64,000 nt of DNA from Marsupella aquatica (Eukaryota; Plantae; Marchantiophyta). The notes beneath the pieces were generated by a model. That model was not told the origin of the DNA and searched no databases. It saw nothing but the letters and a program-made list of their open reading frames with translations. Made by a program: the position numbers and the translations under genes. Below, in pieces: positions 24,801 through 35,611 of the stretch (position 1 is the first letter of the stretch; the number at the start of each line of letters is the position of its first letter). The stretch spans positions 9,236,287-9,300,286 of the forward strand of contig OZ316899.1 of the NCBI GenBank assembly GCA_973895155.1, read 5' to 3'.

Positions 24801-26531
24801 CTGATAAAACAAAACATCTTCGGACCCGTAATCCCTGCACCTGCAGGGACACACCTTACGGGATACAAGTTCACTTTCCTGAGGAAGCGAAACGCAAAAG
24901 GAGAGGTAATCAGATACAAAGCTCGCTTGGTAGCAAAGGGTTACACCCAAATCCCCGGCCGGGACTTTGATCAAACATACTCACCGGTGATGGATTCCAT
25001 AACATACCGGTACCTCATTGCATTTACACTCCTGCACAAGCTCGTCATGTACACGCTAGACGTGATCACCGCCTATCTGTATGGTATCCTAGATACCACA
25101 ATATACATGAAGGCACCCCCGAAACTGATCAAAAGAATAAGGTTCCACATTGAGGGGGAGAAGAATGGTACCACAGACTGCGGTCTACAACCGGGTCTAA
25201 CCCAAACCGGCCCTATAGGCGATTTGGACAAAATGACGAGCGAGCTCGGACCTGCAGTACCGACACCAAAGGATGTGCTTCACACATCTGACCTCAGGAA
25301 ATGAACGCTCCTCCTACCAAACACCGCTGCTACATAGCCAAAACGAGTCAAAAGAGAACTCGCAGTCCAAGTCCTACGCTCAATGTATGGATTAAAACAG
25401 AGCGGACGCACCTGGTACAAACGATTCAAAGTTGAAATGCTCGCACTGAACTTCAATACTGACGACATTGCCCCTTGTTTGTTCCTCAAACAGGAGGCAG
25501 ATGAATTCGTTATCATCACAATTTATGTAGATGACATAAACATCTTCGGCACAGCAATGATAATGCACAAGACAATCGAAATCCTGAAGAAGACATTTGA
25601 GATGAGGGACATCGGGAAGCCAAGCTACTGCCTGGGATTACAATTCAACTACTTGCAACAGGGCATCCTGATCAACCAATCAACTTATACCGAAAAGGCG
25701 CTACGGAAATTCAACATGGCATCCGCCCACTCGGTCAGCACCCCCATGGACCTGAGATCCTCAGACCCCACAAGGGACACATTTAAAAAACGGGCAGAGA
25801 CAGAGGAGGTTCTCGGCCCCGAGAAGCCATACCTCTCAGCCATCGGGGCCCTGATGTACCTGGCGACACAGTCACACCCCAACATTGCTTTTGCCATCAA
25901 TCTACTCGCTCGCCATAGCTCCAACCCCACAATCCGACATTGGAACGGCGTAAAAAGGGTATTCCAATACGTGCGCGACACAACGGACATGGGGCTATTC
26001 TTCCCCAAGAACTCAAAAAACATGTTGACCGGCTACGTGGACGCGGGCTACCTCTCAGACCCAGACGATGCAAAATCCCAAACGGGATACGTCTTCCTAC
26101 AAGGTGGCACGGTGATCTCTTGGAAAAGTAGCAAACAATCACTCACAGCGGCCTCCTCAAATCACGCCGAGATAATAGCACTTTACGAAGCCACCAGGGA
26201 AAGCATCTAGCTGAGAAACCTGATAAACCACATACACCTGCACACAAGAAGAGCGCAGCTAAAGAAACCAACAACTATATACGAAGACAACCGGCCCTGC
26301 GTGGAGCAGATAGTCCAGGGATTCATTAAAGGGGACAGAATCAAACACATAGCACCCAAATTCTTTTTCACTCATGAACATCATGGCGAACAGGTCCAAG
26401 TACAATGGATTCCAAGTAAAGACAACCGAGCGGACTTGTTCACTAAACCACTCCCACCAGCACTACACCGCGAACATGCATATGGGATAGGACTGCGAAG
26501 TATGGCATCACTTTTACAAGGACAAGAATGA
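21876..26531 (+). pseudogene. gag-pol: copia gag-pol (Gag, RGG tract, CCHC knuckle, protease, integrase, RT, RNaseH)
   Basis: Bianca-type Gag start KLQFKALAIDGANYLTWSLDIE. Also CFRCGTKGHLQRDC, CIVDSETSHSIL, DNAGEFTS, IYVDDI and ADLFTKPL. A few stops and frameshifts. Confidence 0.93.
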
Positions 26532-26653
26532 CGCAGGCCACCAAGGAACTTACCCAAATCGCGCACCTATTACTGCCGATCAAACTGATACAACGGGAGC
26601 TCCACCATCACATGCTACCCCAAATCCGCCACCCCGTGGCCCGCAGGATTAGG

Positions 26654-29110
26654 TGTCACGCGATTGACATGGGTCTTAACACCAAAAACGTCACTATGGG
26701 TGCCAAAACCATCTCCTTGTACCTGAGGATCAAGGGATGTTGTGAAGGTCGGTAAACACCAGTTTATGCCCTTAACACCAGACTATCATAGCAAGACTCC
26801 GTCACACATCACCCAAGCTCAATCCCAAGGAACCAAGGTTGGGGATCAGATCTGCGCTCATGATAGTTATGGTGAGAAGGGGTCTTCATATCGGGCCCGT
26901 ACACACAGGGCCTAGCGCTACGGTGCGCATATGTCTATACGTATGCTTACTGTCATAGGTATATTTCTATTCCGTCGCCGGAATGTACCCATAAACCAGT
27001 GACTCCTGACTGATTCCCGGCTTAGGGACTTCTAAGCCATTGCCCCACCACTCTGCCATTCCACTCTCAGTAATCAGAGCTATGATAGCCCTCACCCAAC
27101 CCACTTCAATGCACCCGGTACACCTCTTAGTGGCGCTGCTAGTCCCATCATACACTCAGATTGCCTCACACACACACACACATCCATGAGAGAAATGAGG
27201 CCTGAGAGGAAAACTCAATTAGATTCAAAGATGTGCACAATAGTTCACTGAGAACACTTGATCCGAACACTAGGCCCAAAGGTTGTCTCCTCCAGATTGC
27301 GACGTGCTTGCTCCACAAGCCCCGTGCTTGCCATGCAAGCTCAATCCTAAACCTGAGCCCGGCTCACTCCAGATTGCGACGGCAGATTGGACTCGAACCA
27401 ATCCCGTACTTGCATTGCAAACTCAATCCTGAACTCAACCTCCTTCACTGCACTTCATTCTTGGGGACACGTACAGATCTCACACCTCCATTTCAGAATG
27501 TCAAGTTACGCATGCACAGTTGACTCGACTTCAAAGCTGGTACCAGGCCTAACAGCGATCTACCCCAGGCTACAATGAGGCCCGGCCTCACGCTTGCCCT
27601 GCAAGCTCAGCTCTGGCCATAGATCCCTTAGTGCTCTCCACCAGACAAAGGCCGGGACTCCCCATGGATCACGTAGCCTTGCTAAACTGAACTGTAAATG
27701 CTCCTCCTGCTGCCCCTCAATCAGTATCTCAGCCTCCCTAATGTGCTCACCGAAAATCACATTGAAATCCTCCCCACAGTTTACAATCACCAACACATCA
27801 CCTATCACCAAGGCTCTGTATCGGGGGAAAAGAACCCAGTTGTGCTGCCCACTAGAAAGAGCCACAATCCAGCTCGCAAACCTAGCAACCCGTTGCTGTG
27901 AAGCTTGGCTGATTACTCCCTGAGTAATAGCACAACCAAGCTCTCCCCAACACACAGCGTCCAAGTCCAGCCTTGCTTGCACAGAGCTCCTCCCTGCTGC
28001 TCAGTCTAAGTGAGATCACACAACTGAAGTTCCCCCCCTGCCTCTACCGGGGGCTGCTCTATATACTCTCATACTGAGCCCAAATGGGTGGATACTACGC
28101 TGCTGGAGCCCCATCCCAGCCCTAACAGAGCCGCCACTATCTCTAACTACTGAACCCTAACTCGCAACTTTATTTCTATCTCGAATTGGCTATGTACTTC
28201 GGATTTGGCCCTCCTCCATGGTTTTTGCGAGCTTGCGCCTCCTCTCCCGATTTTTCTATTCAACCATTTGCTGCATGGATAGCAGCGTTGGAAGCGGCTT
28301 GAGCTCCTCTTTCCAACGAGGTCAATTATAGCCAATTTGGTCAAATACACAGAGAGTTATACCCCCGCAACCGAGAGGGGGTACTCACTGCTGCGCTAAC
28401 CCGAGTTACATAGCTAACCCAAGTTCGGCTAACCTAGCTACCCTATCTAACCCGAGTAGAGCTAACCCGTGGTCTCGGGTTAGGCCGCTACCCGCTATCC
28501 GCTATCCGCTAACCTAGCCTAAGCTGAGCCCGAACCCGAGCTTACCTATGCTAAGCCTAAACCCTAAACCCTAAACCCTGAGCCCGAGTTTAGGCTAACC
28601 CGAGTTAAGTCTAACCCAAACCCGGGTTAAGCCTAAGCTGAAGCTGTGCTTACTTGAGCTAAGCTGAAGCCGTGCTTACCTAAGCTAAGCTGAAGCCGTG
28701 CTTACCTAAGCTAAGCTGAAGCCATGCTTACCTAAGCTAAGCCGTGGCCGAGCTTGGGTTAACCCGAAACTGAAGCCGAATCCGCTAATTCCGGCCACAG
28801 ATTAACCCGTCACACTAATCAGGCCATATCTTCCTTAATACACCTTCATTTCCCGAGTGTTTTATATCAATTTTACTCGCCTTGACCAGATCTTTCCAAT
28901 GCTCTTTACAGATCCGGATTTGGTGACATATTGAAAGAGATATGGTCGCCAACCACCCGCGATATAGCTTTTATTTCCCTACTTTTAATGCCATGATTGC
29001 CCTTATTCTTGCCAGCTTGCTAATTGTTATGCGGTATCAATAGCTACTCCTTGCATACAGCAACCTAGTTACTCAAATTATAGAATAAGGACCATGTCAT
29101 CGGTGTCACA
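26654..29110 (-). mobile_element. Solo LTR (2457 bp, LTR family A) with TTAGG TSD
   Basis: TGTCAC...GTGTCACA termini. TTAGG at 26649-26653 and 29111-29115. Reverse complement of 38184-40587. Confidence 0.93.
28556..28745 (+). repeat. (CCCTAAA)3 telomere-like tract and a 26-bp tandem repeat inside the solo LTR
   Basis: CCTAAACCCTAAACCCTAAACCCT, then about four copies of CTAAGCTAAGCTGAAGCCGTGCTTAC. Confidence 0.8.
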
Positions 29111-29350
29111 TTAGGGTAGGAACGCAAACAACTCCTTAAACATAAAGACAGACCACGAGTCTTTAAACACTCTAAGGACTTACATTCAATAACTGGACCC
29201 AAACCTATGTTATAGTAGTGGCACTCTTTCCATGATGGAAGCATGGTTTTAATGAGACCATACTACATTGGGCCAGACTATAGACCATAGGGTTAGTTTT
29301 CCCCATCATATGGTTGGCTGTAACACACTCATCACCCAACCAAGGGGGAG

Positions 29351-29519
29351 TGCTATAAGTGATAAACTTAACCCCGGTAAACTAGACTTACCCTAGTGAA
29401 TAGGGATAAGAGGTGGTTACATAACCACCACGCCTTGTACTATATAGGGAGCCCCCATACTCCCAAATGGAATAGAAGGTAGTGAGTTTGTTGGCGCATG
29501 AGATCTATGTCCCTAAATA
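29351..29519 (+). repeat. 3' LTR of Bianca copy 3
   Basis: Follows PPT AAGGGGGAG and repeats 21268-21433. Confidence 0.95.
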
Positions 29520-29524
29520 ATAAT

Positions 29525-29916
29525 GTTATTGTTGAACTTGCAACAAAGACGTGGTGCAAGCAATCTCCTTCTTGATGATCTTTTCAGGACTTTGCATAGT
29601 CGGATTTTGCCAGAAGGGAACTGCTTGCCTAGTTCCTGGAAAGCAGCAACAAAGGTGTTGAAATCCATAGGTCTCAAATACGAAGTCATACATGCTTGTG
29701 TGAATGATTGTGTTCTCTTTAGGGGGGAACACAAAGATGCCACTACATGTCCTACATGTGACCAACCGAGGTATCGAGAGGACATGCTCACTGGAAAAGT
29801 AGCACATAAGGTCATGAGGTATTTTCCTCTTATCCCTAGATACGGCACCAGTACCGATGTGCGGAGTTGGCTGAGTATATGGTGTGGCATTCCAAGAACC
29901 GGTCAGATATGACTTC
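29525..29916 (+). pseudogene. CACTA TnpD transposase, continuation (truncated by CACTA copy 2)
   Basis: IHACVNDCVLF, CPTCDQPRY and KVMRYFPLIPR, typical of the Transposase_21/tnp2 family. Confidence 0.9.
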
Positions 29917-30725
29917 CACTGGTACATATTTTGGGTTTTTCCAATGCTCTTCTTTTGGTCGGCGACACTTTCCGATACAGAGAAGATCGGTACTCTCCGA
30001 TTGTCTCCGCATCGGGGATTTACCATACATTCTACATCGGACACATGCTGTCCCATACTACTAGAATCGGAAATAGTTTCCCATTTAAAAACTATCGGAG
30101 CGTTTCCCATTCTACCTGCATCGGACTGTGAGATTGCCGCGACGCAAGAGGCTTCCGATAAAGAAAATATCGCATGTTGGTTCCAATGAACTGAGGGATG
30201 AAAAGTTTCCGATATTTGTGGAATCAGAAATGTGTTTCGACTTTTGTCCGAAACCATTACAAACGGACGTTGGTTCAGATGTGGTAAAAATGGCAAAGTT
30301 TCACGATACCTGTAGTATGGCACATGAGTTCCGTTTCTTTGAATATCGGAAATATCAGTTTTTAGTAGAGCCGGGGTTTTTTGAGGGTTTTATCATCTTC
30401 CTAGCTTCTAATTAAGGCATGTTGTGTTTCCGATAGGTTTTTGACTCCATTTCCATTTGAAGTATGTGGGAACTCAACTAGGGTCAACTTGAAATGAATT
30501 GGAAGCTTTCATTTCATATATATTAAAAGCACAAATATATAGCCACAGCTAGAGCCCAGAGATTTAAGTGGTATATATAAGTAAAGTAACATGCAACAAA
30601 AAAATGGTAATGACAATGTAGATAACATATATATGCCAAAAAAATCAATACATGGAGGGAAGTGGTCATTAATTAGGTCTAGCTAGTGCTAGCTACCTAG
30701 CTTTTACCATGAAATTCCTAAGTAG

Positions 30726-33700
30726 CTAGTTGTTCTCATTTTCCAAATCTTCCACAACAACTACATTTGGCTGTTCTTGGACTATGGATCGGGATCGAGG
30801 AATGTAAGGCATTACAATGGACCACTCAGGATCATCTGGATAAGGGAGATAGAATGCCTGCTCAAGATTATGAGGAAATGCAAAAGGATCTGAGGACCTC
30901 CAATTTGAGCTGATGACAGCCCCTATCTTCAGTCGTGTGAAGCCGCAAGCATCCTCTTCACATGTCCGATTGTGGCCAACAAGATTCATCCAAAACCATT
31001 TGCACTTCAGCACCACCTCTTCCAATGTTGTATGCGCATGGTATTTTACAACAAGGATCTCCTCTATCTTTCCATAGTGAGCTATAGTAGAACGGATGGG
31101 ATTTGTGTCAGATCTGCTACTTACAGAATCCTGGGTGAACCAACCCATCACCCCACAATCTTGTGTAGCTGCCCTCTTGTCATCAAGTTGTTCCACACAA
31201 AAGTGTCTCCCCTTGGACCACATGGCAGTCCTGGTTGTAACTGTAAGTAGAGGTCCATGAACCAAGGTGCGCAACTTATTAGTCACCATTGGGAAGTGTG
31301 ATACACTCTCCCCAACAGCCACCAAGGCATCCACTTCTAACAACTTCCCCTTCATGTACATGTGGAATTTGGGAAATAAGCGTGGTCGTCGACTATTGTG
31401 CTTATCCTCCTCATAAAATGTGGTCCACTCCCCAACAATCTCTGGAGAGTTATACAACATGAATGCAGTGAGTTTAGTGCGCTCACTAGGGTCAAGAAGC
31501 CGTTCTCCCTTTGCACCTGTCAAACGGTCATCCTCATAGTTTGCTTCTCTTGATGCCTCATCTATCCACCCCCTTGGAGCATTTGAATCAAGTGTAGCAA
31601 TAATGTTTGTACAATAAAACATGCTCTCTACTCCAAGATGACGCTCAGCAATGCTACCTTCCACCCTTGCGCGATTTGAAACATAGGACTTCATCACTCC
31701 CATGTACTGCTCTACCCAGTACATCCAACGACAATGTACAGGGCCTACAATACCAACCTCACGCACTAGATGTAGTAGAAAATAAACCTGACCATCAAAA
31801 AATGAAAGAGGAAGGGCCCTTTCAAGTTTTCACACAACCTCCACTCCAAACACCTCCATTGCTGCAACCTCATCCTCGTTCACCTCCTTTTGACACACCC
31901 ATCTCAACAACTTACCCAACGACCAAAGGGCATCACAAAGATCCTCACTACCCAATCCAATAATAGCAACTGGAATAACATGTTGCAATAAGCGATGATA
32001 ATCATTGGTCTTCAAGAAAGCTGGCCATTTTGGAGAGTCAAGTCCACCAAATGCCTTGCAAAGATTGGCACCATACCCTGTAGGAAATTGCATAGACCCT
32101 ATGCATTTGAGAAACTCGGTCCGCTCACCTCGTGTCAAAACCCAAGGAGGATGAATAGTAAGGGGGGCATTATCGGGATCCATAGATGGCCAAAAACCAT
32201 GAGGGCCATGCATCCCCATCTCTTCACAACTCTCTCTCCAGTTGTTGTCTTTCTCTCCATATAGGTGGCGAATCAAGGACCTCCCAACATTCCCTCAATG
32301 TGCATAGGGTCAAATAAATGGTTAAGTGGCATCTCAGCCCAATAAGGCAGTTGTGACAATGCAGACAAACAAGTCATGCCACACCGGGCATACTGCAATG
32401 GGTCATCTGGATTAGATACTCTCTCCCATACCTATTTCCAATATGCAGGATCTTTTGGAATAGGTTGTGGTCGTCTGTCTGGTTGGCCATCCTCAGTGTC
32501 ATATAAAAAGGGGTCTCTCCTCCAATCATGGTCTGGAGGGAGATACTTGGTGTGACCAATATACACTATCTTCCTCAAGGTCTTTGACTTTGGCCGCGCT
32601 ATTCCTTCCAAATCAGGTCCACAAGTTGGGCAAGCTCGATATCCTGATGTGGTCAGGCCAGAAATATATCCAAACCCTGCATATAGATATATATCCCATG
32701 CATAAGTAAATAAGTTTGTTAAAAGATATATGTGCTCCTAGCTAACTCAATACATAACAAAGTATGCTAGGTATGGTTGCCTAGCTATGGGAAGGGATAA
32801 TTTAACAAAGATTCATACCTGGAAGATCATGTATGGTCCACATAGGAATGGCCTTCAACTTAAATTCTCGACGTAAGCCCCCCGTTTGCACTCGAGCATC
32901 ATAGCAATCCACACCCCTCCAAAGCTTTTGTAGCTCCTCAATCAATGGTTGCAAGTACACATCAATTTTTTTCACTTGCTTAGGACCAGGGATAATCATA
33001 GAAAGGAGCAAATGACCCTTCTTCATGGACATCCATGGAGGGATGTTGTAATTAGTAAGGACCACTGGCCATAGTGAATATGGTTGGGCCTTACCTGCTA
33101 GTGCAAATGGGCTGATGCCATCCGCTGCCAATCCTAGGCGAACATGACGTGGGTCAGTTCGGAACTCACCCCATCTCTCCTCCACAAACTTGTTTGCAGG
33201 GGAGTCAACCATCATGCGCATGGTGGGTGGTTGTGAACTCATATCTGAGCGATTTTGGGAATGCCAAACCATATACTCAGCCAACTCAACACATCTATAT
33301 TGGTGGCGCAAACGAGGTATAAGAGGAAAGTACCTCATGACCTTATGAGGAACTTTTCCCGTCAACATGTCCTCACGATACCTCGGCTTCTCACATGTAG
33401 GACATGACATTGCATCTTTATAAGTGCCTCTAAACATAACGCAATCATTCACGCAAGCATGTATGACTTCGTACTGCAGACCTATGGACTTCAACACCTT
33501 CTTTGCCTCTTTCCAAGAGTCTGGCAAGTTGTTTCCTTCTGGCAAGATACAGTCATGCAATGTCCGAAAGAGATCATCAAGAAGTAGGTTGCTTGCTCCA
33601 TGTCTTTGTTGCAAGTTCAACAACAACATTATTGCTGAAAGACGAGACAAGCGTGATCCATCAAATATCCGAGTTTGCGCATGTTGACGTGCTTCCTCCC

Positions 33701-33991
33701 ACTGTTTGGAGGCTAAACTCCTGAACCTTCTTGATGTGAAAGTGGGACCTCAATGTTCTCCCCATCAGCCATGTCATGATCACCATCCTCTATGTCATAG
33801 AATTGGTGCATCAAGTCATCCATGGCCCTATCTTCATCAACTCTTGATTGGGAGGCATCTGGTTCCTGCTCTGGAACATCCGGATCGCCATCTGGTGGTA
33901 GAGAGGCATGTCGCCAATCTTCCATGGCCTGCACAAGGTGTTGGCGCATAGCTCGTGGTAACACCCCAACATCCGGCTCAACATATGCATT
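30726..33991 (-). pseudogene. CACTA TnpD transposase (Transposase_21, DUF4218-like and DUF4216-like regions)
   Basis: RHVRLGLAADGISPF, YSLWPVVLTNYNIPPW, IDVYLQPLIEEL, WTIHDLP, GPVHCRWMY and DPFAFPHNLEQAFY. GT-AG intron at 32818-32677. Confidence 0.93.
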
Positions 33992-34100
33992 CTATCATAC
34001 AACGCACAAAACAAATATATACGTTTGAGTTAGCCCATGGGTTCCTAAAAAAACTACAATATTCTTATATTACTTCAAAAATGGGGAATACACATATGTG

Positions 34101-35062
34101 CTAAGTGTGGCCAGATTGAATGCCCATCTTGGGTGCGTTCCATTCATAGTCACAAAACAACTCATCACCCACCCTAATGGTCCGTATGGCTACTATCATA
34201 ACATGATCATCCATATGTGTGACATAGTAAGGCGGAGTGGGTGGGCCAAAAATCTGAGCCCACTCTACATTAGGCTGGAGTCCACTCCCTCTACCATGTG
34301 TACTATTGATGTACCCAACTATGTTATCTGAACGCACAAGGTCCCCATCAATCATCCTACAATGCCAAGGCCTCCTTAGGACCTCATCTGGGTCTGAGTC
34401 CATCTGCAATGCATATACCCCCCAAGCTGGATGTTGGCGCAAGAGGATGTTCCAACTCTTGGATGTATACACAGGCCCAATGTAAGGGAAAAGGTGTTCC
34501 CCATCATAGCCACGACGCCAAGGCTTTGGAGGGACCTCAATGTCATCCAAAGCAAATAAGCTCATCCAACCTCCCCGCCAAGGGTCAATGCCTTCACTAT
34601 CCATTGCCGACCCCATATATGTACAGGGATATCAATGGCTAGGCCACGAGGAATCGTAAAACTCTCAGGGTCAAAATCCTTGAAGACACTGATTGCCTTT
34701 CCCGTCACATATGATAAGCCCAACCTCCCTTAAACTTCTATGTACTCCTCCCCTGGTGGAGGCATAACACTCCTTCTAAAGTGCTCATGGGATGGGTCTG
34801 TGTCTAGAACTACATGCTGTTGTCGACGTCTATGAGAACGTGGTCTTGTGCGTAGAACCCTAGTAGGGGGCGGTGCATCATCCCTACCATGCCCCAACTC
34901 TACCACTATGGGTTCATGAACAACATTTGCCTGAACATGTGCGGGGGTACATGATTGCTCGGGGTCTTCAACTGATGATGCAAGCAACTGTCTAGCACCA
35001 GCTAGGAATGCATCATGCCATAGTTGACTAGAGACCAATGGAGGATGGGCCCTACAAGGCAC
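34101..35062 (-). pseudogene. SET/PR-domain exon, copy 2 (stop, frameshift, acceptor mutated AG>GG)
   Basis: GEHLFPYIGPVY...NIVGYINS...PNVEW...IRVGDELFCDYEW, highly similar to 19824-20738. Confidence 0.82.
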
Positions 35063-35503
35063 CCATTCAATCATAAACAAACAAAAATTAATACTTGTCT
35101 CCTAAAAGGTCTCAAACCAGCCAACTATTATGATAGTGTATCTGTGACGCCGCCGGTACGGCGAGTAATGAGTAATTTGGTCTAAACCATGCTTAGCACA
35201 CGCATTAGGGGTATCTTAGGCCGCTATGATTAGCATAACGACAGTATTTAGGTAGCCATTATGAGTAGGAAATCATTAGTCAATAAGGGGAATTCATGTT
35301 CGGGCTGGCGGCGCGTCGCCATTCGCATGCCCGAGTTACGAGCATGGGGGGGGCGTCCTCCCTCGGGTCCGTATAACAAACTTCGGGAGGCGTCCACTGA
35401 CACGCGGTGACTTAGACCGGCGGAGTGGCCGGTACACTACAAGCGTGAACGGTTCAGCCTATAGGCAACAAGGAGATGTTGGGGGATCGACAAGCCCTCA
35501 AGG

Positions 35504-35510
35504 TATAAAA
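35504..35510 (+). promoter_or_regulatory. Candidate TATA box in LTR B (also 48043-48049)
   Basis: TATAAAA about 105 nt upstream of the LTR-encoded ATG. Confidence 0.5.
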
Positions 35511-35611
35511 AGGGAGCCGACCCTTTGTACTGCACCAGTCCATCAGTCCACGCGCCAGCTTTGACCCCAGCTCTCTCATTCTCTCTTAGTCGCCACTACT
35601 ATCTCCTCTGA

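Larger units (their letters stand above)
21268..29519 (+). mobile_element. Full-length Ty1/copia Bianca-like element (copy 3) with ATAAT TSD
   Basis: Near-identical LTRs at 21268-21433 and 29351-29519. TSD ATAAT at 21263-21267 and 29520-29524. PBS, gag-pol and PPT (29342-29350) all present. Confidence 0.96.
14547..29916 (+). mobile_element. CACTA (En/Spm) DNA transposon, copy 1 (left end seen; interrupted by CACTA copy 2 at 29917)
   Basis: Terminus CACTAGTACATTTT interrupts the gypsy pol. TCGGA/TCCGA subterminal repeats. Carries a TnpD-like transposase, a TnpA-like gene and a SET exon. Confidence 0.9.

Noticed and set aside
26967-28350. ORFs inside the family A solo LTRs, shared by both copies
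   Set aside because: They are short, have no recognisable motifs and are frameshifted between copies. Sharing reflects DNA identity only.
29526-30323. 265-aa minus-strand ORF
   Set aside because: It spans the CACTA-1/CACTA-2 junction, being antisense to the transposase plus subterminal repeats, and is a chance chimera.
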